From positions 357,643 to 421,642 of the forward strand of contig CAJINV010000001.1 of assembly GCA_905178155.1 (NCBI GenBank): a DNA stretch of 64,000 bases, in the 5' to 3' direction. This DNA is from Amoebophrya sp. A120 (Eukaryota > Protista > Dinoflagellata). Every line of letters begins with the position of its first letter. Position 1 is the first letter of the stretch. The position numbers were made by a program, and so were the translations under genes. The notes under the pieces are model-generated. The model worked only from the letters and a program-made list of their open reading frames with translations, did not search any database and was not told where the DNA came from. Shown piece after piece: positions 21,840-34,400 of this stretch.

Positions 21840-23031
21840 GTCCTCGTGGCTTGTTTACCAGTTCCCGGCGCTGACGGAGTGACGTCACAAGATCGCTTCC
21901 ACCTTGTTCCCAGGCTGGACTGTTGCTCGCGTGGTCCTTATGTTTCTTTCATGTTGAAGATTCATCTTGTCGCGTAGGCGTACTATTCTCAATACTTTGA
22001 ATAAACCTTGTCATACGATGAGGAAAATGAAAAGCCAAAATTTCCTGTAGTTTTGTTGTAAATAGAAGCTGTTTCCTGTTGTTCAGAAATTGCTCAAACG
22101 CTCGCTTTTCTTGTACATATTCTGCAGGAGCGGCTAGGGCATCGATACAAGTCAATGCTTGTCGAAAAATATAAACGGTTTACGGTTTTAGATTTCATAT
22201 ATCTTCTTTATGTTCAGGTGATTCGTCGAAGTCCGATCGATGAGCTTGTAGCTTTGAGCAGACCGAATTTCAAGATTTGGTAGTGATCTCAGGAAGGAAA
22301 GCCCGAACTGGCATTCGAGAAGCTTTTCTTGAGCTCCTCAGGTTGGAGCGTCACCGAGGATGCGGAAGCGCAAAGCTGTTGACCGATCCGTGCCTTAAAT
22401 GCCACATTCATCACATACATCTGATTTCAGCCTGACGGTGAAACAGAAACTTCCACATTACTTATTACATCGATCGGCGCACACCTGAAAGCAGCAACTA
22501 TTCTTGTTTTTCCGGCGCATGAACATCAGCTGTCGCAGCAGCGTGAAAGAATACACGACGACGCTGTCACGGCACTCTTCGTCCGCGAGACCTCCCAGCT
22601 GCAGTCGTGTGTACGAATGATGAATGAAAATCTTCTCATTGTCATTCTCCTGGCTAATATGATTTCTTTCCTTAGATTTTAGAGCGCAGTCAGTGGGTAA
22701 TGTCGTTGCGTGTGCGTAGAAATATCAAGAAGATGAATGGTCCTGCCTCAGCATGAACCACACGAAGTTGGCATTATCTATGTAGTTTCGTCGTTAGATT
22801 TAGGACGCGATCGTACAAGATCTTGATTGACACACATGACGCAGAAGAGGCGATAGTTGAGGACAGCACAGGACCGGCGTAGTTGCAACGACGTCGATTG
22901 AAGCTGAAGGACCAGCGTTTTTGTGAAACTTCATCACATAAAAATTCTTTAGATTTCATCGCGACCAGAGCTCCTTCGGGAAACAAGTCGGAGCTCTTGA
23001 AGCGCCTCCCGTCCTGCTTGCAGCCTCTGCC

Positions 23032-25868
23032 TCACGCCGCGGCCTCTTGCACGACCACCCGCAGGGTCTGTCTCCACGAGGCGGCACTGGGCGGCCCGCA
23101 CCGGGCGCCGTGGTAGCAACTCCGGAAAACGGCGACGCCTGGCGCCAGGGCGACAAATTTGAAGGCCACTTTCAGCACCGTGTGGCCCGGATGAAAGTTC
23201 AGGTCAAATTCGCGGTGCAGGTAGAAGACATCCTGTGCGACGACGTCTTCGCGGTCGATTGCAAAACGCCACTCGTTCTCTGTTTGTTTCCATAAGGGTG
23301 TTAGACTTAAAGAGCTGAAATGGAAAACAAGGCATAGGATTAGATAGCATGATGTGCTAAAAAGCGTATTATGATATTGCAAATGCAAGAGTGTTCATCG
23401 ATTCGTATCAATTATACCGTCAGCGACATCCTCAAGCTCGACGAACAGCACTGCATCTCCAACTGTCAAAGACAAATCCTCCGTAACGTTCGCGCTAATT
23501 TCCACCGTGTTCCCCGTGTGAAAACCGGCAACTTTTCGCGCGCTGAGCTCGTCTTGGTACCTGTAGATGTACAACCTTATAACAGCAACAGAGATCTTCA
23601 CTGACGATAGAAGGCCAAGGCAGAAAGAGAAACAGAAACACTGACTGCTGCAAACGTAAAAAGACCCCAACCAGTAAAGCCTTTACGTGGCCCCATGGCT
23701 CCCGGAAGCTTCGTGCTCCGCCTCTGCTTGCGCGTGGCGAAGCAAGTCTGGGACTGGCGGGTTTTCTTTTATGACAAAGCTACACGACGACGCCTCGCTG
23801 CCCTCCAGGCTGATCGCGGGGAACAGCGGGTAGCTCTTCGGGATGTCTGGGAGCGACCGCGCGTCGGCTGAAAACTTTCCGTTTATCCAAAACGAAAGCT
23901 TCGCTTGTGGCTGCGACGCGTCGAGCAAGACGCCGAGGGTATCTGTGATTTTTCACCACATGCTGCACAAAAGCCGTGACCGGCGTACTATTTTTAGGGG
24001 CTATTTTTATTGTCGAAAAAGAATGAATCAAGATAAGCCCCTGAGGAACCAATGACACGAGATGTTGAGACTTTGTTTTCGCCTTCCTCGAAAAACGTCA
24101 ACTGTACCTCCTGGCCTGAAGTGCCTACCCTGTGCCAAGGTGACGCAATGACCCTCGTTTTCCTCGACGGACTGATTGATGTTGATTCGTGTTTCCACAC
24201 CCCGCGGAACCACACCAAATTTGATATCCACGCCGGCAGTCTGAATTTCAATTTTCGGAGACCAAAATAAGGACCGAGCAACACTCTGCCTACTATAAAC
24301 CATAACCATTTCTATTCGCCAAGAGGAAGAGGAAGAGCAAAATCAAAAAGCATATGCATAAGGATAAGCACGACCACCTCAACCAATAAAAAGCCCTTCC
24401 AAGAAACCTGCTGTTGCGGCCCGGGCTCTGCTGTGTTCAGGAACTCCCAGTAGTGCTTCCCACTCGAAAAGCCTTTGACGCTGAGCAACATCCCAGTCCC
24501 CGTCCCCGACCTCACATAGGCCCCCGGCTCGGCCTCCAGAAACCCGCTGCGGTTCGCCCCAAGACAGGAAACGTCCACCACAAAGCACTGCGTGTTGTTA
24601 CACGCGTTAATATTAGCACCGTCCTGAAACTGCTGCATCGACGCCGCTTTGCTGCCGCTGCGACTGCCCGGGCGAGATCCGGTTTTGCTACCGGAAGACC
24701 GCTGTCTCGAGGCAGGTGCTGCTGCTGGGCCCTTGCTGCTGGAGGACGTGGACGTCGACGGTTGAAGATTTTGGTGCAGTTTCCCGGCTGTCGCAATCGT
24801 GCCGTGTGATGTCGTGCCGTCTTTAATACTGGTCGTTGTGCTCGCCTGCAGTTGCTGTGCGTGTTGCGTTTGTCCGGGTCGTGCGCCCGCGGCGTGATAC
24901 TGCCGCGTCCCGTTCGGCGTGCTGACCACCCGAATGGTGTGCGGCTGTTGCTGTTGCTGTATTTGCATCCCATTTGTATTCATCCCGGCTAAATGCGCCA
25001 TCGATTGGCTCTGGGTGAGCACATCCACGTGATGATCATTGGGCGTCGTATGGATTGCAAAAATGGGTTGGTCTGGAAGATTCCGAGACCTGTCATGCAG
25101 ATTTTCCATGATCCATGTCACCTGGAATGCAGGACCTAGCATGACAGATTCTGCGGGATCCCTATCATGCCTATCCTGCATGAGAAACTTCCTCTCAACT
25201 TCGTCAAAAGTGGGCAACTTTTGGAATTCATGCAACACAGATTTTTGCATGATCCAGAATTAGCATCACAAGCTCCAACTACCTTCCACCAGACCCAGAC
25301 ATTTTTACATTTGATACGTTGCATTAGACGACAAAACGGCCGCCTGCTGGTACTGCTGGTACGACCGCGGCGGAGGAGGGAAGTGCAGCGAGGCGACCGA
25401 CGCCGTGCCTGTCAGTTGTTGCGGCCCGGACGGCATGCGATAGTACTGGGGCGTGTAAGGCTGCGCAGATGTACTAGAGAGCAGATTGCTGCTGAAGCCC
25501 GCAGGCGTGCCCGCCGTACTACTGCTCACAGCAGTGGTAGCCTGCTGATGTTGTTGTCCAGGAGCTCCTGCACCATGGAGAAACTCACCCTGCGCCTGGA
25601 GCCACGAACTTTGGAGATGATGCGCAGTTGAGGTGGTGGAGTAGGGGGACGGGGTTGCGACGGCTACCGGCGGCTCGACCTTCATGTCGAAGATGGAGGC
25701 CCCGACGTTTTTGCTCGCGGCGGACCAATTCGTACCCCCCGCGCCGCCGAGACTCACCCGCAGCGCATCCGGCTGCAGCCCCACGGTCACGCCCTTCAGA
25801 GCCGGGGGGGCGGCCAGTAGCCGAGTGTTCATGCCGGACAAAGTGCCGGTGCTGCGGCTCCGCTGCAT
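23032..25868 (-). CDS. SPRY/B30.2-domain protein with low-complexity N-terminus and a C-terminal beta-rich (possibly chagasin/Ig-like) module
   Basis: SPRY motifs GFSSGKHYWEF, IKFGV, GDTLGVLLD, LSFWING and LFPAISL. Phase-compatible introns: 25049-25316 (introner), 24241-24407, 23943-24107, 23561-23686, 23280-23417. The start codon is uncertain. Confidence 0.78.
25049..25316 (-). mobile_element. Introner element (TATCAAAT family, one end decayed), 268 bp
   Basis: Right TIR CCAGACCCAGACATTTTTACATTTGATA. TSD CGTCG/CGTTG. Removal gives SSNATPNDHH in frame. Confidence 0.85.
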
Positions 25869-26594
25869 GGTGAATTCTTGGAGATATTTCTGGCAGGTTT
25901 CCACTTAGATTCTACTTCGGCTACTTTTTGAAGATGAGGAAAGGACTCAATGAGTCTTTTACTTACCCTATCGGAGAAAAGGGGGTTCTTCCAGCTGCGT
26001 AGGTAGAGATCCGTTTCTAATTCCACATAGGCACGACCACGATCAACAACCAGGTCGGGCATGTAGATGTACCTTACCTGTTCCTCGTTTGCTTTCTTTC
26101 GCAGTGATACGGATACCAGAAACGCTGCTGTAGACTCTTACCTTCCTTCCGCAGACCGACAAATCAAACTGAGAAAGGATGCCAACAAAAATGCAATCAC
26201 ACACACACGAAAACTACAATCAAGCATACAACGAAGATATCTTTCAGGACATGGACCAGCTGAGCTTGTCTACCAATCGCAAGCGGAATCGGATTCAAAA
26301 TCACAGAATTCGAACACGTAAGCAAGAGAACGACAGAAACACGTACTCGTGCCCCATTTGCAGGTCCAGGTGAAAGTGATGAACGAAAAAATGACCTCCT
26401 GCGTACAACAACATGAATGTAGAAAAAGAAGGGTAGCGAAAAATCATGTGTGTGCTGTAGACTTTAGCATTAGACAAAAGTTTAATTTGTTGAGTGCAAA
26501 AATTTCTACCACGCAAAATGCGGACTATGTAGTGCTACAGTGTAGTTGACTCTACTCCTGTGTAAAACTAAAACTTCGAAAAGCCGGGTACTAT

Positions 26595-28312
26595 TCAATC
26601 ATTCGACCTTAGGGATTCTATGTGGTGCACTACTTGCACCTTTCTGCTATCCTGAAAGACACTGGTAGAGAATGCGGCGGCTATGGGTCTCTTCGGGTAG
26701 AGCGCGTTTCTCTCTTTCAAACGGGTCAGGAACCCATACAGCCGCTCCGTCGTGTTGGCGTACTCGAAGCTGTAGGGTGGTCGCGAGAAGGCGTGGATAC
26801 CGGTGAGTGCGACTGCCTCCAGGAACCGCGGCCGGTTCAGGAGCGCGAGCTCGCTGCGGCACCCCGTCGCAGCCTTGTACTGCATCAAAACCTGGGGACG
26901 CTCGAGCAACGCCGGGTACACGCCGAGGGCCTTCATGCAGTTCAGGAACTGTTGGAAGTCCATCTTGTTCCGCCGGTCCTTGACCTGCACCTCGCCGTTG
27001 GCAAGGCCGTCGGTAATGGAGTAGGTGTTCATCTTGTACATGTTTTGGTCGGTGTCGTTCCGGATTTTCGCGACCCCTGTGACCATCTTGCGCACCAGCT
27101 TTTCTTTCAAGGATGTTGACGCAACTGTCTTTCGGCTTCTCCGGGTACTAGTCGTGTTGTGTACTATGCCCTCCTCATCTTGATCTTCCTCATCTTCGAG
27201 GACATTATAGTCCTCACTGTTCATGACTGCGTCGCAGACCGCTACCCGTTCCGCCCTTTTCCTCAGCCCAAGCGCCTGATTTTTCACTCCTGCGCCGCAG
27301 TTCGTTCGCAGCTTTTCCTCTTTATTGCGGGACGTGAACGCGACGAACAGGGTGATCAAAAAGTCCTTGAAGTGTAAAAGAACCTCCACATCGACCTCGT
27401 TTAGCCGTAGACTGTCGTCCGGCACGCAGGAAGTGGCGTACTCCGATTTTGGATAGCAGTGGAGTAACACATTCCGGAAAATCCGCTGCATGGTGCGATC
27501 CAGCATCGTGGAGGTGATTTTCTTCGAATAGACCGACGACGCAGTGGCCGCGGTCGGCGAAGGTTGTTGTAATGCGGAAGTTCGATCATGCGCCCTCAAG
27601 TCGCTTTCCGTTTTCTGCATCAGCGCGGCAGCGAGCCGGAGAGACAAGATCGCCAGAGCCTTGCAAAAAAGATCGAAAGACAACCGTAGCAAACCGGGAT
27701 CGCAGGTCGTTATCACCTTCGCGTGGATCAGATCCGCTTCTGCAATAGTCAGAAGCCCGGTGTTGGTCGACGCAGGGACGGGAGCAACAGTGGTTACTGC
27801 CTTATTGTTCCTGCCCTCTTTCCCACCAGCCTTTGAAGATGAACCCGGGGCTTCTCTTGGAGATCTCGGTGTAGAAGTCGATGATGATGAATTTGTATTT
27901 CCAAAGCTATTCCCGGCTACAACGTTCACGGTCGGCTTCTCAGCAACGAGGAGTCGCGCGTCCAAGAGCAGTTTGATCCACTTTTTGTTGCTCATCCACT
28001 CCGTGTTAACGCGGTCGCCCAGGTTGCAATACCGCTCGAAGACCTCCCGGAGGAGCGGCGCCATTTTGTCGTCAATCAGCAAGTCGCCCAGCAAAATGCG
28101 CTGCTCTTGGTCGGTGACGTGCGAGGTGCTGTGTGTCGCGAGCGAGTGCGTCAGGTACGCCTCCAGCCGTCGCTGGAACTCGGGATTGCTGCTCCGCGCC
28201 ACCGTCTCCGCGAAGAACGGCGCCTTCGTACCCCGGGCGAGGCGCATCGACTCCGAAAGATTCTGCGCCGACGGCGTGTGGGAGCACTGCATGAAGACGC
28301 TCAGGCGGTCAC
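26595..28312 (-). CDS. p25alpha/TPPP-like and EF-hand-like helical region, probably the last exon of the giant upstream gene
   Basis: FERYC...MSNKKWIKLLLDARL, EADLIHAKV...LSFDLFCKAL and MDFQQFLNCMK motifs. Phase-compatible GT-AG intron at 28313-28443. Confidence 0.65.
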
Positions 28313-28426
28313 CTGTTTTTCGTTTGGGAGATAAGATTGATAAAAAGATTTTCACTTAGAATTTGACACCACGCAAAGAAAAAGAAGAAGAACAAGTACA
28401 ACCTACAACATGCATAAATCAAAGTT

Positions 28427-31400
28427 TTAAAGTGATAAAGTACTCATGCGCTTGTTCCCCCGCCCAGCCGCAATGTCCTTTTTGTGCAGCAGCGTTACCA
28501 AACTCGCGGCCTTCGGTGTCGTTTGCAGATGCGCCTGCACCATAGACCAGCGCTGCGACTGCGGTAACTCGTAAAACGCGTGCAATCCGTTGACTTCCGT
28601 CAGCATCTCGCCCAGGCTCTTCCGTGGCTGCTGCGCGCTGTCAGGTGGAAGGTTGGTGTGCTGTGTGGACGGAGTGCGCGTCTCAGGCTCGCGTGCTGGA
28701 AGTGGTCCACCTCGGGGGACGGGCACTGGTTCTGTCGTGGCGATGCTGGTCGGTGGCGACCTGCGTCCGCCTCCACCGGGGATGTTGGTCAGGATCTCGG
28801 TAGCGGAAGTTTCCGAAAACAGAAACGGCTGTTTCTTTTGTTGAACGAGTTGAGCTTCTTGTTCCTCGTCTCTAGCAGTTGCTGTGTCTCCTTCTTCCAC
28901 CTCCTGCCGTTGTTGCAACACCGAACAAGCCGCACCACAATCCGCGTCTTCCATAGGCGAGAAGCTGAACACGAGGGAATCTTCCAAGTGGTTCAATGCT
29001 TCCTGCTCCACGGTGCCCGTGGACCCTCTTTCGTCCTCGTCGTCAACCGACGTGTCCATGGAGAAAACTCCGAATTGCGGCACCAAAGACCCCAGCTCGT
29101 CGTCAAAGCTGCTGGACGCGGATGACGAAGAGGACGCGAGTTCCGAGGAAACGCCTTGCTGGTGCTCGTTTTCGCACAAAATGTTCAACGTGTAGCGGTA
29201 TTTGCTGTGGCTAGAATGAGCGGCACCAATATCGGAAGATAGAGATACCGGTTCTGCAACATCGTTCCTTTCTTCATCCTCCACTTCCAGCGCCGTACAG
29301 TAGCCGCTTCCCTGGCGGGAGGAGCGGCAGGTGAATACGCTGTTGTAGCCGTCTTGCTCCTCCTCGTCGTCGAAAGTGCTAGGATAATAATCCTCGTCGT
29401 CCGAAGAGGAAGACTCACTCGTCGTGCTGTTGTAGTAGAGAAACGACGGCGAAGTTGTGGAGGTTTGTTCTGCTCCTCCACTAGAAGCACTAGACGCTCC
29501 TGACATCCCGGCTGCGTAGCTTCTCGTGGGTACCACCTCGCCTTCTTCCATTACTTTCTCCCCTCGCTCGGTCATGCGGAATTCACTCTTCCCGACCCGG
29601 GTGGTCCTCCGCTTCAGCGCTTCTTGCAGCCCGTCCGCCAGAGTGCCAGTGCGATCGCCGATCAACTGCATGCGTTTCTGCGTCGCCGTCCTCTTGAAGA
29701 TGGACCCGCGAGACGTGATCTTTCCGGCGCTCTGAAACATCACTTTGGCTTTCGGTTTTGCCGCGGGTTTTTCTTCTACTTGATTTATAGGCGTAGCCAT
29801 CGCAGCGGAGGATCTCGTCGTACTACTACTGCTCGGTAGAAGAAGTTCTTCCTCAACTAGTCCACTTCTCCGGCCCCCTCCATCCACCCGCTGCGCGAGC
29901 CCTTCGACCTCGTCTTGCAGCAACGCCGCGCGCGCGCCGAGGTCATCCAGCGAACCGCGGAACGGTTCCACTTCCAACGTAGTGGAATTGAATTTACGCA
30001 GGTTTTCTTCCAAACTCTGGGCGTCAAACAGCAGTTGATTCAGCTCCACGGCCGAGCTGCGGACGGCCTGCTTGACACTCTCCCGGTTTTCCTCGACAAT
30101 GTCGTCCGAGTCCAGAATCTTTTGCGCGATCTGGTTCTGCGCCTCCTCGAGGAGGGGCAGTAAAGCCTCGGCGTCCGCAAGGTTGCCGCTTTCCTCGGCT
30201 TCTTCGATGGCCTGCATCAGCTGCGAAAACCGGCGCATCGCCGGATCCTGCAGAACCCGCTGCAGGGCGGAGGTAGAGGTGGCAGCTTCTGGAGCGGCGA
30301 CGGACGGGGTGTACTGTTGTTCCGCCGGTTGTTCTTCAGCTGGAAGTTGCTGTAAAAAATCTTCACCATTAGTGACTACATCATAGCTGTTCTTGTCGGG
30401 GCTGGGCTGCTCTAATGTCTTTGTACTGATAGCTGTTTTGCGTTCTTCAGAGCTTTGCGTTTGCCTCGTTTGGGTGGAAAAGACCAGGTCAAAGTCCGTG
30501 TTCTGTGGATCGTCAAAAATTCCGAGTTGTAGTTCTTCAGGCCGCTGCTCATCCTGGTCCTCACGAGCCACATCATCCAGATTCCCGGTGTCAACAACAG
30601 CAACGGTTTTGTTTGTCCGCTGCGACTGCCACTTTCGCATCAGTTGCTCGTACATCTCGTCTTTGGTTAAGGGACGTCTAGCGGGCGTGTTGCTGCTTGC
30701 AGAAACATTGCTCGGCCGGGCTGGCGTCTTCGTGGGCGCAGGCTTTTCGACCACCTGCTGCAACCCGGGCGGGCGGTTTGGCTTTTGTGAATGCGCAGCG
30801 GCTGCGGCCTGTCGCGACTTTCGGACAACTTCGCTGAACGGCGGTGGTGAGGGTTCCGACGATGCGGGTTGCTGTGCCGAAGTAGGGGTCGTCGACCCGG
30901 ACGAGCCCGAAGTAGACGCTGCGCTCAACCGGTCGTTGATGTCCGCAAAAATGTTTTGGTTCCCCGCGCCAACCATCTTATCCGAGACCCTTGCCAATTT
31001 CTCGGCGTCGCCGACTCTACTTTCTGCGCTCCCTTTCAACGCAGCAGCGAGCTCCTGTTTTTCCTGGCTCTGCCGCCTCTGCTCCTCCTCGAGCGTCTTT
31101 CTCCTCGCGCGCTCTTCCGCCAGCGACTTCAGCCGCTCCACCTTCTGAGGAATGGTGAGTGTGGCCTCTTCGGCCGGGTCGAGTACTAGCGCCTCAGTTG
31201 TAGAGGTAGACATGGATGCTTTCTTGCTGCTCGAGGATTTTTTCGGCGGCTGCTGGCCTTTGTCGTCGACTGGAGGTGCGCTGTCCTGCGATGCCCCGAT
31301 TGAGTCCTTGCTCTTAGAGGAAGATCTTCTGGTGCCCGAAACTGGTGCCTGGCGCTCAACGACGTCCGTTGTAGCAGCATTCATTCGGGTTGTTGTATCT

Positions 31401-34400
31401 GCCGGCTCGTCTAGAAGAGTAGTCGTTGACTTCTTTGAAGTTTGTGGAGTTGTGGTAGTTCCAGGCCGACCTTCCAGATCCGCTCCCGTGCCACGCTTTT
31501 CACTCGATCCGCTTCCGCGCGAAGCGCTGGTGATATCCATCCTTTCCTCAACCGGTGCCGGAAAGCGTGACACATTTCGACTCGCCTTGGAACTTGTGTC
31601 GACATAAACATCGCCTTGAAGAGTTTGACTTGGAGCTGCAGTACTCCTACCTCTTGGTGTTGAAGATCTCGCCACACGACCTACCGCTGTCTGTTCCTCT
31701 CCTCTTCGCTTGTTGCCCGGAGATGAACTCCTGCCCGGCCGGGTCAAGCTCGACCCCCTCGGAGTGAGGATCTGCTCCTCGCTCCCACCGATCCGCACCG
31801 TTCTCTCAATGCTTGCCGTGCCACCCCGACTTGTTTTCGATGAACTGGTTTTTTTGCTCGGCGGCCGACGAAGGTCAATTTCACTACTGGACGTTGTGTC
31901 CTTCGAGTCCCTCAGATCTTCGTACGAGCTCCTGCTCGGCCGAGATCGCTCAACATCTGCCTGCGATGTCCCGCCACGCGTAGTTGTGTTGGACCTTTTG
32001 GTCCTGTCCGTGGTCTCTTCACTGCTCCCGCGGCTGGTTTTCCTTCGTAGAATGGAAATCGGTCCTGCCGGAGCGGTTTCGCGGTACATCGTGTCCGTCA
32101 TGGTTCTCTGTTTCACGACGACATGATCGGGAACTACATCCATCGGTTGTATGACCACACGTTGTTGTTCTTCCCCGCCTCTACTTCTAGCCTGGGCGCT
32201 CGCTGGTCGTCTACTCTGGCTTGCTGTCACACTGCCTCCGGGCGACGTTGTTACAGACCCAGAAGCAGCATCGTCGCGCGACCGAACCGAAACAGGATAA
32301 AGCGGCTGTTCCGATTGGTGTCCCATCCTTTGAGAGGACGACGCCGCCCGTAGTGGTGGAGCGGACAAATTCCGAACTACTTTCACCGAGGGTTTGGAAT
32401 ACAGTCCGCTATCATCCTCCGCATTGAACTCCGTGTTTCTTTCCTTATGGTTTTTCACCGCTTCCGGCGTCCGCGCAACCCGCGCGTAGTATTTCGACGC
32501 TTTCTGCTGCCTCGTTTGCGCACTCGTCGGTTTGTTAGATCCGAACGCAGGTTTGATCTTGGGCGATCTCCCTGGCGAAGAAAGCGGCGACTTTGTAGCT
32601 CCTGCACCCGCCACCTGTTTTGGCATGCTCAACTCCATCAATCGGGGGGAAAGCTGCGGCGTAGTTACGGACGGGGGTTCCTGCTGTATCGAAGAATCGA
32701 CTTCAATGGAAGTGGTGTCAAAATCGACGTCTTCGAGGTTCATCTTTCCGGTGCTTGCTTGGGTTGTTCCGAGCAGCTGCCGCAAAGGATATCTCTCCGT
32801 GCCCAAATCCACCGGCGATTGGATCGGCAAAGACCGGGCTGGCGACCGGGAAGCTGCTCTCAATTTCGATTTCCTTTTCAAGCTCGGCCTTTGTTCTCCA
32901 CCAGCCGCAGCAGCTTCGACCTCTTCCACACGGAAGTCCACCACGGCCGGGGTTCTCCGGCTTCTCCCCCGAGTTGTAGACGTTGCAGTTCTTGGCGCTG
33001 CTGTCTGACGCGACGTCGTTCTTGCGGAGGAGAAGATCTGGCGACTCGGCGGAATCATCGCCGCTGCACCTCCCGGCGCCCCCGGCGGTCGCACGAGTCG
33101 CAGGTCCGCTGTCAAGTCTTCCTCCTCATTTGCAGCCCCCCTGCTGCGGACTCGCACGACCGGCGAGAGGCTGGCCCGCTTCGAAGTCGCCGGGGTGAGG
33201 GAGCGTGAAGTTACGCCTCGTCGTCCCCGCGGCGTAGCACTTCTGGAGCGATCCGGACTGGAGGGGAGACGAATGCCGCTGACCATGCTGACCTCGCTGT
33301 TCTCACTGTGCGCGGAACGGTCCCGTTTCCGCGAGGAGGCCGTGTGCGTCAACAAGCGTTCCTGCGCGGAAAGCTCCCGCAGTTCCGAACGAATGTGATC
33401 CTTGTTTCTCGTCTCAGGAGAGGAGACACGAACGGATGGACTTCTGGACGTCGCCAGTGGCCGCGTAGAAGTGTCACCCCGACTAGCGCCGGCCCTTCCT
33501 TTGCCGCGGATCGTCTTCTTCTTGGACGAAGGCCGGAAGGATTTCTTTTTCTTCCTCGGAAAAACAGCGGTCGAGACTTTATTTTCGTGCGACTCTCCGG
33601 TCGCTCTTCGAGGGGATGGAGATGATTTTACCACCGAAGACGAGCTACTTTTCCCCCTCAGTGTCCTTTTCCATGAACCAGATCGCTTCTCCTTCTGTTC
33701 GTCTTCCCGCAACTGTGCGTCAACCTGCTGCAGAACGTCGGATAAAGCCGCACGCTTTTTCGATGCTTTCCGCGGGGTACTTTTCAGTGGAGTCACGCTG
33801 CCCGGCGGAGTAGTGACAACTGCTGGCGGCGTGACTGAGCGCGATGCCGTTCTCATACCGCCTTTCGCGCTTGTTGTCCGCACCGACGGGGGTGCCAGAA
33901 CTCGCTGCGGAGTGGATTTGCTGTAGGAGTCCTGCTCGCGGTCTGGTGTTGATGTTGTGCTCTTCTTCTTGCGCTCCTGCAGATCCGTTGCAACATCTTT
34001 CACCATTGTAGTATGCTCTCGAGGAAGTTCCCCAATAGGATCTACCGGATCCAAGCTGGCTACGCGCCGGCTCGCCGCCACGTCGACGTTTGTGCTTCGC
34101 GGCGTGCTGACCGTTCGGGTGGAAATCGGGGTTGCCGTTCCCATCTGCAACAAATTCGTTGACAGCGGCTTGATGCCCTGTTGCTGCACCCACTTGTGAT
34201 AGGAGAGGGTGGATGGCTGCTGCTGTGTTGATACTCCTGATCGCTTATCCTTACCGGCTTCTGCTCTTGCTTGTTTATTCGCCGTGGTCTCACCAATTTT
34301 CGTCTCCATCTCAAACCTACTAGTATCGGAGGACCCCGACGCGCTGGCAACGTCGTCCGACGAGGTTCCTCCGCCAACATTTTTATCGCGGCTGGAAGGA

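Noticed and set aside
21840-23000. ncRNA, tRNA or spliced-leader relic in intergenic DNA
   Set aside because: No recognisable structure or dinoflagellate SL sequence by eye; a covariance-model search would be needed to exclude it.
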